Assembly: GCA_963851265.1 (NCBI GenBank)
Contig: CAWKNZ010000003.1
Coordinates: 192,001 to 256,000 of the forward strand
DNA length: 64,000 nucleotides
From: an uncultured Gemmatimonadales bacterium
Lineage (GTDB): Bacteria; Gemmatimonadota; Gemmatimonadetes; Gemmatimonadales; Gemmatimonadaceae
Direction: 5' to 3'
In this document: one piece after another, positions 28,861 to 36,810 of the stretch
How positions within the stretch are numbered: position 1 is the stretch's first letter
How the letters are laid out: each line of letters starts with the position of its first letter
Made by a program: the position numbers and the translations under genes
The notes under the pieces: generated by a model
Seen by the model: only the letters and a program-made list of their open reading frames with translations
The model's database searches: none
Told to the model about the DNA's origin: nothing

Positions 28861-29886
28861 ATGCCCGTCCGGTTCACCACCGCTCGTCGCGGCACCCTCC
28901 GCGCGTCCGCCGCCCTCGCCGCCGCCTGCGCATTCGCGGCGTGCACCGACGGCGCCACCGCCCCGTCGGCCAGCAGCAATCTGTCGCCCGACGGCCCCTC
29001 GCTGAGCGCGGCGCCCGAGCTCAACCCCGGTGTGCGCCACGTGCACCACGTGCGCGACTACAGCGCGACCCACAACGCCGGGACCGGGACGGGCATCTCG
29101 TACCACGGCGGCGCGCTGCTGACCGCGCAGACCAACGTCGCGGCCGTGTACTGGGGCGGGAGCCCGATCTATACGAACGGCCCCGCCGCGGGCACGCACG
29201 GCGCCGGATCGACCGACGGGTCGCTCGTCGGCTTCTTCCTGAGCCACATCGGCGGCTCGCCGTACTTCAACATCAACACGACGTACTACAACGCCTCCGG
29301 CACGCACGTGGCGAACGTCGTCAACTACACGCAGTACTGGGCGGCCAACACGAGCGTGCCGGCGTCGGGCGCGAGCGTCACCGACGCGCAGATGGTCGCC
29401 CTGCTGCAGGCCGGCATCAACAGCGGGGCCCTCACGTACGACGCCAGCACGGTCTACGCGATCTTCACGGCCGGCGGGGTGAACCTCGGCGGCGGGTTCG
29501 GGACGCAGTACTGCGCGTACCACACGACCGGCACCGTCACGGTGAACGGCGTGTCGCGTTCGGTGATCTACGCCGCGATGCCCTACAACAACTCGCAGCC
29601 GTCGGCGTGCACCGCCGGCACTGGCGCGCCTAACGGCGACCCCGGCGCGGACTACGAGGTGACCACCCTCGTCCACGAGATCGAGGAGAGCACCACCGAC
29701 TACCTCGGCAACGCCTGGTACGACCGCTCGGGCAACGAGAACGCCGACAAGTGCGCGTGGAACTTCGGCGCCACGGCCAGCGCCACGAACGGCGCGAAGT
29801 ACAACATCACGATCGGCGGGAAGAACTTCCTCGTGCAGCAGAACTGGGTGAACGCGGGGACGGGCGGCTGCGCGCTGAAGTACTGA
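28861..29886 (+). CDS. Phi-1/EXORDIUM-like secreted lipoprotein
   Basis: ISYHGG, YCAYH, YAAMPY, PNGDPGAD, HEIEE..TD, AWYD..G.ENADKC, FLVQQNW; lipobox FAAC. Confidence 0.78.
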   Translation: MPVRFTTARRGTLRASAALAAACAFAACTDGATAPSASSNLSPDGPSLSAAPELNPGVRHVHHVRDYSATHNAGTGTGISYHGGALLTAQTNVAAVYWGGSPIYTNGPAAGTHGAGSTDGSLVGFFLSHIGGSPYFNINTTYYNASGTHVANVVNYTQYWAANTSVPASGASVTDAQMVALLQAGINSGALTYDASTVYAIFTAGGVNLGGGFGTQYCAYHTTGTVTVNGVSRSVIYAAMPYNNSQPSACTAGTGAPNGDPGADYEVTTLVHEIEESTTDYLGNAWYDRSGNENADKCAWNFGATASATNGAKYNITIGGKNFLVQQNWVNAGTGGCALKY

Positions 29887-29887
29887 C

Positions 29888-29938
29888 GGGCTGAAGTTCC
29901 GAAGGGCTGAAGTTCCGAAGGGCCGAAGTTCCGAAGGG
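29888..29938. repeat. 16-bp tandem repeat x3
   Basis: GGGCTGAAGTTCCGAA, GGGCTGAAGTTCCGAA, GGGCCGAAGTTCCGAA contiguous, 1 nt after the stop codon. Confidence 0.9.
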
Positions 29939-29942
29939 TTGA

Positions 29943-30005
29943 CGAGCCCGACGTCGGGGATGCAGGGGCTGCAGCACGGGCCTCGGCTCCCCGACGTCGG
30001 GCTCG
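29943..30005. repeat. 18-bp inverted repeat with palindromic arms (REP-like or terminator)
   Basis: CGAGCCCGACGTCGGGGA-N27-TCCCCGACGTCGGGCTCG; each arm contains the palindrome CCCGACGTCGGG. Confidence 0.8.
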
Positions 30006-30070
30006 AACGCTTTCACGCCCCCGTCCCGGGCGAGCGCATCGGGCCCGCCTCATGCGTGACGCACGACGCC

Positions 30071-30367
30071 ATGAGCGCCTCATCCGTGCACGTCGAACAC
30101 CGCCCCGACGACCACCGCTTCGTTGCCGACGTGGCCGGCGGCGAGGCCGTTCTCGTCTACCAGCGCCTCGCCGACGGCGAGCTCGACCTCCAGCACACGA
30201 TCGTGCCCGAGGAAGCGCGCGGCGGTGGAGTGGGCGACGCGCTCGTCCGCGCCGCGGTCGACTACGCACGACGCGACGGGGTGACGCTCATCCCGACCTG
30301 CCCGTACGTGGCCGCCTGGCTGGCGCGTCATCCGAAGGAGCGGGCGGTCTTTTCCGACGACGAGTAG
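30071..30367 (+). CDS. Small GNAT acetyltransferase (YjdJ-like)
   Basis: HTIVPEEARGGGVG..LV..A, PTCPYV..W. Confidence 0.92.
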   Translation: MSASSVHVEHRPDDHRFVADVAGGEAVLVYQRLADGELDLQHTIVPEEARGGGVGDALVRAAVDYARRDGVTLIPTCPYVAAWLARHPKERAVFSDDE

Positions 30368-30477
30368 GCCGCGTTGCAGGCGGCGGCCGGCGGACCCCGC
30401 CGGCCGGCCGCAACTTCCGCCGAAGCGGCGCCGTACGGCTGGTCGCCGTCCTCCTCGCCCCGCTACCCCGCCGACCG

Positions 30478-30729
30478 ATGACCGCGCCGCGCTCCGTCTT
30501 CGAAGAGATTCCAGTCGCCGGGCACAAGCTGCTCGAAACGGTCCGCGAACTCGTGCGGGCGGGCAAGGTGCGCCGCATCGTGGTGCGCAACGCGAACGAC
30601 CGGGTGGTGCTGGACGTGCCGCTCACGGCCGGGGTGGTCGGCGCCGCGCTCCTGCCGATGTGGGCGGCGCTCGGCGGACTGGCCGCGCTGTCGGCGCGGT
30701 ACACGGTGGGCGTCGAGCGCGACGCCTGA
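30478..30729 (+). CDS. DUF4342 family protein
   Basis: LLETVRELVRAGKVRRIVVR...LDVPLTAGVVGA.L.P..AALG. Confidence 0.85.
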   Translation: MTAPRSVFEEIPVAGHKLLETVRELVRAGKVRRIVVRNANDRVVLDVPLTAGVVGAALLPMWAALGGLAALSARYTVGVERDA

Positions 30730-30766
30730 TCCCGTCGGCCCGACGCGGTCCCGCCTGGCCCGTGGC

Positions 30767-31219
30767 CTAGCCGGGGCCGGCCGCTCGACCGGCCGCCGCG
30801 CGCCGTCGGCTCGCCCGCCACTCGCCGATTCCTCCCGCGGCCACCCCGCCCGCGTACGCGAGCAGGTCTCGCCAATCGAAGTCCGCGCCCAACACCAGGT
30901 GCCCGAGCGTCGTGGCCCGTACGGCGTCGATGCCAGGCGCGTGATAGCACTGGCTGAACTCGATCGCGAACGAGAACGCCAGCGCCGTCCCGATCCGGGT
31001 CGTCAGCCCCGCCGTCGGCCATCCGGCTCCGATCCACCAGTAGACCATCGCCGCCCAGAGCGCGTCGCCGAGCACGTCGCGGACGGCTGGCGGCAGTGCC
31101 GCACCGCGGAAGTGGACCGCGAGCCCGACCGCCATCGTCCCGAGCGCCGCGGCCGTATACGCGAGGCGCGCCGGGAGCGTCTCGCGCAGAGTGCGCGCGG
31201 CACGCACGTTTCCGCTCAT
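30767..31219 (-). CDS. DUF2809 family membrane protein
   Basis: GDALWAAMVY, IEFSQ.YHAP.ID.VR.TTLG.LVLG..F.W.DL.AY; start uncertain. Confidence 0.85.
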   Translation of the reverse strand: MSGNVRAARTLRETLPARLAYTAAALGTMAVGLAVHFRGAALPPAVRDVLGDALWAAMVYWWIGAGWPTAGLTTRIGTALAFSFAIEFSQCYHAPGIDAVRATTLGHLVLGADFDWRDLLAYAGGVAAGGIGEWRASRRRAAAGRAAGPG

Positions 31220-31541
31220 GCCCTACGATAGCGGACTCGTCGAGCGCGTCGCCGACGCCCTCGCCCCGATCGGCGTGCGCGGCGCGCGCCAGCGCAGCAT
31301 GTTCGGCGGGCGCGGCTTCATGCTCGGCAAGCAGACGTTCGTGATCGTCTGGGGCGAGGGGCTCATCGTCAAGGTCCCGCGCGCCGAATACGACGCGGCG
31401 CTCGCCGAACCTGGCGCCTCGCCGTTCGCCCCCGGCGGGGGGCGGCCGATGGGGACGTGGGTGGTGGTCACGGCGGAGGCCGTCGCCGACGACCCGGAGT
31501 TGCAGGCGTGGGTCGCACGCGGGGTGCGCGCGGTGGCCTGA
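31218..31541 (+). CDS. TfoX/Sxy N-terminal domain protein
   Basis: MPYD..L.ERV, MFGG.GFML, LIVKV, PF...GRPM..WV.V. Confidence 0.85.
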   Translation: MPYDSGLVERVADALAPIGVRGARQRSMFGGRGFMLGKQTFVIVWGEGLIVKVPRAEYDAALAEPGASPFAPGGGRPMGTWVVVTAEAVADDPELQAWVARGVRAVA

Positions 31542-31753
31542 GCCGACCCGCGCGGGTGCCCGCGCGCGTGAGTGGTCGACCGATTGCGCGACCCGCTGCT
31601 CACGCGTCACTCTCGGGCGAGCAGGCGGCCCCGCTCGCGGTGCCCCGCTCGCGGTGTCGTTGCGCCCCGGCCGATCCGACGCCACGCGGAGGCATCGACG
31701 GAGCGCGCGCCGTACCCGAGCGTGCACCCTCTGCCACCCTGTCGGACCCCGTC

Positions 31754-32443
31754 GTGCCGTACCCAACTCCCGCGTACCCGCTCGAGCTGTCGCCGGCCGA
31801 CGCGTTCCGCCGCGCCGCAGCCCATCTGACGCCGCACGCGTCCCGCCCGGCCGTCCCGCCCCCCGTCGTGCTCGGCGGCGTGCTGCGCAGCGACTCGCCG
31901 TTCCTCGACGTGACGCCGTCCCAGGCGGCGCTCCCCCCCGAGGACGGGATGGTGTTCCTGCCCTACGAACCGGTCGCCCCCGAACCACTGGGTCAGACCC
32001 GCATCGAGGTGCCGTTGCCCGACACGCCGTTCGACCGCGCGGCGGTTGCACGCGCCCGGGCGCGCGCGCGGCGGGCGGTCGAACACGTCGAAGCGACGGT
32101 GATGAGTGACGACGGGGTGGCCGAACACATCTGTGACGTCACCGAGTGGCTCGCGGGTGCGACCGTGCGGGAGCTCGACGCGCTCGCGCGCGCCGGGTGG
32201 TCCGGGGACGAGGCGCTCGACGTGGCCGACACCCTCGCGGACGACGACCCCGAGGTGGCCGACGTGCTGCGGCACGCACGCCGCACCGACGCCGGCGTGA
32301 GCGTCGAGATCGACGGCGGGGCGGTGATGGAGTGGCTCGCACGGCACCGGCCCGCGGTCGCCGCTGCCCTCGCCGACACGACCGACGCGGCCGACGACGA
32401 CGCGGTCGAGCACGAGACGGACGAGGCGTCGGACGAGGGCTGA
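31754..32443 (+). CDS. Hypothetical acidic protein
   Basis: GC3-biased ORF; globular-looking C-terminal part (SDDG...DVTEWL...GWSGDEA.DVAD...WL..HRP); start uncertain. Confidence 0.6.
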   Translation: MPYPTPAYPLELSPADAFRRAAAHLTPHASRPAVPPPVVLGGVLRSDSPFLDVTPSQAALPPEDGMVFLPYEPVAPEPLGQTRIEVPLPDTPFDRAAVARARARARRAVEHVEATVMSDDGVAEHICDVTEWLAGATVRELDALARAGWSGDEALDVADTLADDDPEVADVLRHARRTDAGVSVEIDGGAVMEWLARHRPAVAAALADTTDAADDDAVEHETDEASDEG

Positions 32444-32479
32444 GGCGGGCACCCGCGCATCCCGCGGGGTATCACCGAC

Positions 32480-33691
32480 GTGACCACTTCGACGCTCCGA
32501 CCGACCCCGCGTACGCTCCCGCTGTTCGACCCTGCGCCGGCGGAGGCCGGCCCCGCGGCCGCGGGGGGCAAGCCCGGCGTGCGGCACCGCTGGATGCCCG
32601 ACCGCGTGCTGTTCACGCGCGACGCGCTCGCCGAGCGCTGGGGGTGCCGCATTCACGACCGCGTCGCCGCGTTAGGGCTGCACGTCGAGGCGCTCCGCGG
32701 CAACCGCCTGCCGAGTCTTGCGGGCGCGGACGAGCGGGCGACGTACCGCCTGGCCAAGCGCACGCTCGCCGTCGTCAACGCGCCGGCCGGACAGCTCAAG
32801 CTGTCGCCCATCCCGCCGTCGGCCGACTGGCAGTTCCACCTCGCGCAGGGCTGCCCGGCCCATTGCCACTACTGCTACCTCGCGGGCTCGCTCGCCGGGC
32901 CGCCGGTGGTGCGCGCGTACGCCAACCTCGACGCGATCCTCGGCAACCTGGCCGGCTACGCGGGGCAACGCACGGGCGGGCGCGCCGCCGCCGAGTGGGC
33001 CGACGGCGGCGCGGACCCGGACGGCGGCCGCGCGCTCACCACGTTCGAGGCGAGCTGCTACACCGACCCGCTCGCGCTCGAGCACCTCACCGGATCGTTA
33101 GGCGCGGCGGTCGAGCGCTTCGGGACGGACCCGGCGCTCGCCGGCGCGCGGCTGCGCTGGACGACCAAGTTCTCGTCGCCGGCGCTCGTCGCGCCGCTGC
33201 TCGACCTGCCGCACGCGGGGCGCACGCGTTGCCGCGTCAGCCTCAACGCCGACCCCGTCGCGCGCCGGTTCGAGGGCGGCACGGCGACCGTCGCGGAGCG
33301 ACTCGCCGGGGCGACGCAGCTCGCCGGGGCGGGCTACCCGGTGGGGCTCGTGCTCGCGCCCATCATGCCGGTCGAGGGGTGGGAGGGCGAGTACGGCGCC
33401 CTGCTCGACGCCGCGCGCGCCGCGCTGCCGCCGGAGGCGCTCGCGCCGGGGACGCGCCTGACCGTCGAGTGCATCACGCACCGCTACACCGAGGGCTCGC
33501 GCGACGTGCTGCGCGGGTGGTACCCGAACACCGCGCTCGAGATGGACGACGAGAAGCGGGCGGCCAAGCGGACGAAGTTCGGGAACGCGAAGTATGTGTA
33601 TCCCCGCGACGTGATGGGGGAGTTGAAGGCGTGGTTCACGGCCGCGGTGCGGGCGCGGTGGCCGGAGGCGGCGTTGTTGTACTGGACGTGA
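32480..33691 (+). CDS. Spore photoproduct lyase family radical SAM protein (SplB-like, copy 1)
   Basis: PIPPSADWQ, GCPAHCHYCYL (CxxxCxxC), FEASCYTDP, TTKF, ITHRYT, KFG..KYVY. Confidence 0.88.
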   Translation: MTTSTLRPTPRTLPLFDPAPAEAGPAAAGGKPGVRHRWMPDRVLFTRDALAERWGCRIHDRVAALGLHVEALRGNRLPSLAGADERATYRLAKRTLAVVNAPAGQLKLSPIPPSADWQFHLAQGCPAHCHYCYLAGSLAGPPVVRAYANLDAILGNLAGYAGQRTGGRAAAEWADGGADPDGGRALTTFEASCYTDPLALEHLTGSLGAAVERFGTDPALAGARLRWTTKFSSPALVAPLLDLPHAGRTRCRVSLNADPVARRFEGGTATVAERLAGATQLAGAGYPVGLVLAPIMPVEGWEGEYGALLDAARAALPPEALAPGTRLTVECITHRYTEGSRDVLRGWYPNTALEMDDEKRAAKRTKFGNAKYVYPRDVMGELKAWFTAAVRARWPEAALLYWT

Positions 33692-34997
33692 GGGGTGCCC
33701 CGATCGCGGACCCGGGCACCACGCCATCCCCCGCCCCTCTCGCCAGTATCGCCGCGACCGTCATGTCCGCGGTCACGTTGACTAACGTGTTGAACACGTC
33801 GGGTATCGCGTCCGCGGCGATCAGCAGCCCGACCCCTTCGAGCGGCAGCCCCACCGCGAGCAGCACCGGCGCGGTCACCACGAACAGCCCCCCGCTCGGG
33901 ATCCCCGGGTTGCTGAAGCTCATCGCGATCGTGACGAGCGTCATCGTCGCGATCTGCCCCGGGCCGAGCGGTACGCCGTAGAGGTGGGCGAGAAAGAGCG
34001 GCCCGGCGAGGTCGGCGACCGGCGTGTTGAGCTTGAAGGTCGAGACCGCGAGCGGCAGCACGAAGCCCGTCACCGCGGGGCGGTCGCCTAACGTGTCGCG
34101 GAAGCCGGCGATGAGCGCGGGGAGCGAGGCGAGCGACGAGCGCGAGCTCACCGCGACCGCCTGCGCCGGCAATACGGCGCGCGCGAAGGTGCGCAGCGGG
34201 ACGCGGCCGAACAGCGCCGCGACGGGGTAGCACAGCAGCATCACCACGGTCGCGAGCCCGCAGAGGATCAGCACGTAGCCGCCCACCGCGCCGATCGCCC
34301 CCGCGCCGAGGTCGCGGCCGAGTCCGGCGGCGAGCGCGAGCACCCCGATCGGCGTGAGCGCGAGCACCCAGCCGACGACGACGAGCATGGCGTCGCTCAC
34401 GGCGCGGAAGAATCCCGTGACCAGCGCGCGGGGCTCGGGGGCGAGGCGCGTGACGGCGGCCGCGAACAGCAGCGTGAAGACGATGAGCGGGAGCATCGCG
34501 CCGTCGACCGCGGCCTTGATCGGGTTGACCGGCACGAGCCCGGTCAGGAAGCCGCCGATCGTGGGCACCTCGGCGGGCGCGCTGGCCGCGGCGCCCGCGT
34601 GCGCGCGGAGCGCGGCGGCCGCGGACGCGTCCACCGGCACGTAGCGGAAGAGCGCCGGCGCGGCGAGCGCCGAGATGAGCGCGCAGCCGACGAGCAGGAC
34701 GACGAACCAGACGAGGGCGCGCCCGCCGAGTCGCCCCACGGCGCGCACGTCGGCGACGCCCGCGACGCTCGTCACGAGCATCGAGACGACGAGCGGCACG
34801 AGCGTCATGCGGATCGCGTTCACCCACAGCGTGCCGAGCGGCGCGAGCGCTTCGACGGCCGCGCCGAGGGCGCGACTGCCGGAGCCGGCGGCGACGGCGC
34901 CGAGGGCGGTGCCCGCGACGAGCGCGAGCAGGGCGAGCACGGTCGCGCCGGGCAGACGCCGGGCGCGGACTGGGGGTTGGGCGGCAGATTCCGGCAC
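33636..34997 (-). CDS. Dicarboxylate/amino acid:cation symporter (GltP-like)
   Basis: [37 protein letters not shown]...T.VNVTAD; start uncertain. Confidence 0.85.
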   Translation of the reverse strand: MPESAAQPPVRARRLPGATVLALLALVAGTALGAVAAGSGSRALGAAVEALAPLGTLWVNAIRMTLVPLVVSMLVTSVAGVADVRAVGRLGGRALVWFVVLLVGCALISALAAPALFRYVPVDASAAAALRAHAGAAASAPAEVPTIGGFLTGLVPVNPIKAAVDGAMLPLIVFTLLFAAAVTRLAPEPRALVTGFFRAVSDAMLVVVGWVLALTPIGVLALAAGLGRDLGAGAIGAVGGYVLILCGLATVVMLLCYPVAALFGRVPLRTFARAVLPAQAVAVSSRSSLASLPALIAGFRDTLGDRPAVTGFVLPLAVSTFKLNTPVADLAGPLFLAHLYGVPLGPGQIATMTLVTIAMSFSNPGIPSGGLFVVTAPVLLAVGLPLEGVGLLIAADAIPDVFNTLVNVTADMTVAAILARGAGDGVVPGSAIGAPLTSSTTTPPPATAPAPRP

Positions 34998-35092
34998 GAC
35001 GGGGCGCGAGGCACGTTGAAGGCCACGGGCGGCGAGCCCATCATCCCCGGATGCCAGAGCCACACGGAACCGCGCCGCGCGCACGCGCCACC

Positions 35093-35494
35093 ATGCCAGA
35101 ACCCGCGGCCGAGCCCGCGCCAGGAACGTGGGAGATCTGGAAGGAGTTCACTTTCGAGGCCGCGCACCGGCTGCCGCACGTGCCCGACGGGCACAAGTGC
35201 CGGCGGCTGCACGGCCACTCGTTCCGCGTCGAGGTGCACGTGCGTGGGCCGCTCGCCGAGCGGGAGGGGTGGGTGATGGACTTCGGCGACCTCAAGACCG
35301 CGTGGATGCCCATCGACGCGGTGCTCGACCACCACTACCTCAACGACGTGCCCGGCCTGGAGAATCCGACGAGCGAGGTGATCGCGCGCTGGCTGTGGGA
35401 GCGGCTCCGGCCGACTCTCCCCGGACTCGCGCGCGTGGTCGTGCGCGAGACGTGCACCGCGGGGTGCGCGTACGTCGGGCCCGCCGCGGGATGA
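35093..35494 (+). CDS. queD: 6-carboxy-5,6,7,8-tetrahydropterin synthase
   Basis: [51 protein letters not shown]. Confidence 0.93.
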   Translation: MPEPAAEPAPGTWEIWKEFTFEAAHRLPHVPDGHKCRRLHGHSFRVEVHVRGPLAEREGWVMDFGDLKTAWMPIDAVLDHHYLNDVPGLENPTSEVIARWLWERLRPTLPGLARVVVRETCTAGCAYVGPAAG

Positions 35495-35515
35495 TCGCGT
35501 GAGCCGGGGCGTGAC

Positions 35516-36739
35516 GTGACGGGGGTTGGCGCCGTGCTCGTCGGCGCGTTCATCGCGCTGCAGCTGCTCGCGCTCGCGCGCGTGCTGTGGCGACTGCTGC
35601 CCGGACTCGTGCGGACGCCGCCGGTGACGCCGCTCGTCGACGAGGCCGACGCGCGGTGGGCCGGGCTCGGCGGCGCGGCCGGCGACGGCGTGCGCGTCAC
35701 GGTCATGGTCGCGACGATGAACGAGGCCGCGCGACTCGGGCCCTGTCTGGACGGCCTCGCGCGGCAGGGCGCGACGTTGGCCGAGGTGCTCGTCGTGGAT
35801 TCGCGCTCGACTGACGGCACGCGCGCGCTGGTCGAGGCCGCGGCCCGGCGTGACGCGCGCGTGCGACTGCTCACCGATCCGCCGCTGCCGCCGGGGTGGG
35901 TGGGCAAGGTGTGGGCGCTCGAACACGGCCTGCAGCACGCGACCGGCGACTGGGTGCTCGGCGTCGACGCCGACACGGCGCCCGCGCCCGGCATGGTGGC
36001 CGCCGTCGTCGCGGCGGCGGAGGCGTTCGGGCTCGACGTGGTGAGCTTCGCGCCGCGCTTCGCGGGGCAGTCGCCGGGGGAGCGGTTCATCCAGCCGGCG
36101 ATGCTCGCCACGCTCGTCTACCGGCTCGGCGCACCAACGCCGCGACCGAGCACGCCGAGCGACGTGCTCGCGAACGGACAGTGTTTTCTCGCGCGGCGCG
36201 ACCTGCTGGTGCGCCACGGCGGGTACGGGCCCGCACGCGCGAGCTGGGCCGACGACGTCGCGCTCGCGCGCCACCTCATGCGCCGCGGTGCGCGCGTCGG
36301 GTTTCTGGACGGCGCGCGCCTGTACGACGTGCGCGCCTACGCCTCCGCGCGCGAGGCGTGGCGGGAGTGGGGGCGGAGCTTCGACCTCGCCGACGCGACC
36401 GCGCCGGCGCGCCAGGCGCTCGACCTGGCCGTCGTCACGCTCGCGATGGGGGCGCCGCCGCTCGTCCTGGCGGGCGCGCTCGCGTGGGCGGCGGCGGGCG
36501 GGGGGGCGGGGGGCACGTTCGGCAGTGCGTTAGGCGCAGCGCTCGTCGTCGTCAACGCGGTTCTGCTCTCGGTCCGGCTCGGCGTGTTGGCGGCGACGCG
36601 CGGGTCGTACGCGCGCCGCGGGTTCCCGTACTGGTGCAGCCCGCTCGCCGACCCGGCGGCGACGGCGCGGCTCTGGCTCAGCACGCTCCGCCGGCCGCGC
36701 GCGTGGCGGGGGCGGGCGTTCGCGCTGGGCGCGCCGTAA
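35516..36739 (+). CDS. Family 2 glycosyltransferase (CruG/HpnB-like, membrane-bound)
   Basis: NEAARL, S.DGT, LPPGWVGK.WAL, DAD, ANGQC, DDVALAR, W.EW.RS. Confidence 0.85.
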   Translation: MTGVGAVLVGAFIALQLLALARVLWRLLPGLVRTPPVTPLVDEADARWAGLGGAAGDGVRVTVMVATMNEAARLGPCLDGLARQGATLAEVLVVDSRSTDGTRALVEAAARRDARVRLLTDPPLPPGWVGKVWALEHGLQHATGDWVLGVDADTAPAPGMVAAVVAAAEAFGLDVVSFAPRFAGQSPGERFIQPAMLATLVYRLGAPTPRPSTPSDVLANGQCFLARRDLLVRHGGYGPARASWADDVALARHLMRRGARVGFLDGARLYDVRAYASAREAWREWGRSFDLADATAPARQALDLAVVTLAMGAPPLVLAGALAWAAAGGGAGGTFGSALGAALVVVNAVLLSVRLGVLAATRGSYARRGFPYWCSPLADPAATARLWLSTLRRPRAWRGRAFALGAP

Positions 36740-36810
36740 CCCGAGCCCGCGCCGCGGTCGCCCGACCGGGGGACCCGGTGCGGGGCGCGGCGGTGCGGGC
36801 CGCACCGTCC

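Noticed and set aside
29888..29938. CRISPR array
   Set aside because: Repeats are 16 bp and contiguous, with no spacers and no cas genes.
33636..33691. 56-bp convergent overlap of SPL-like gene 1 and the symporter
   Set aside because: The symporter tail is low-complexity read-through, common in high-GC genomes.
35093..35494. 7-deazaguanine DNA modification (dpd) island
   Set aside because: No dpdA/tgt, queC, queE or folE nearby.
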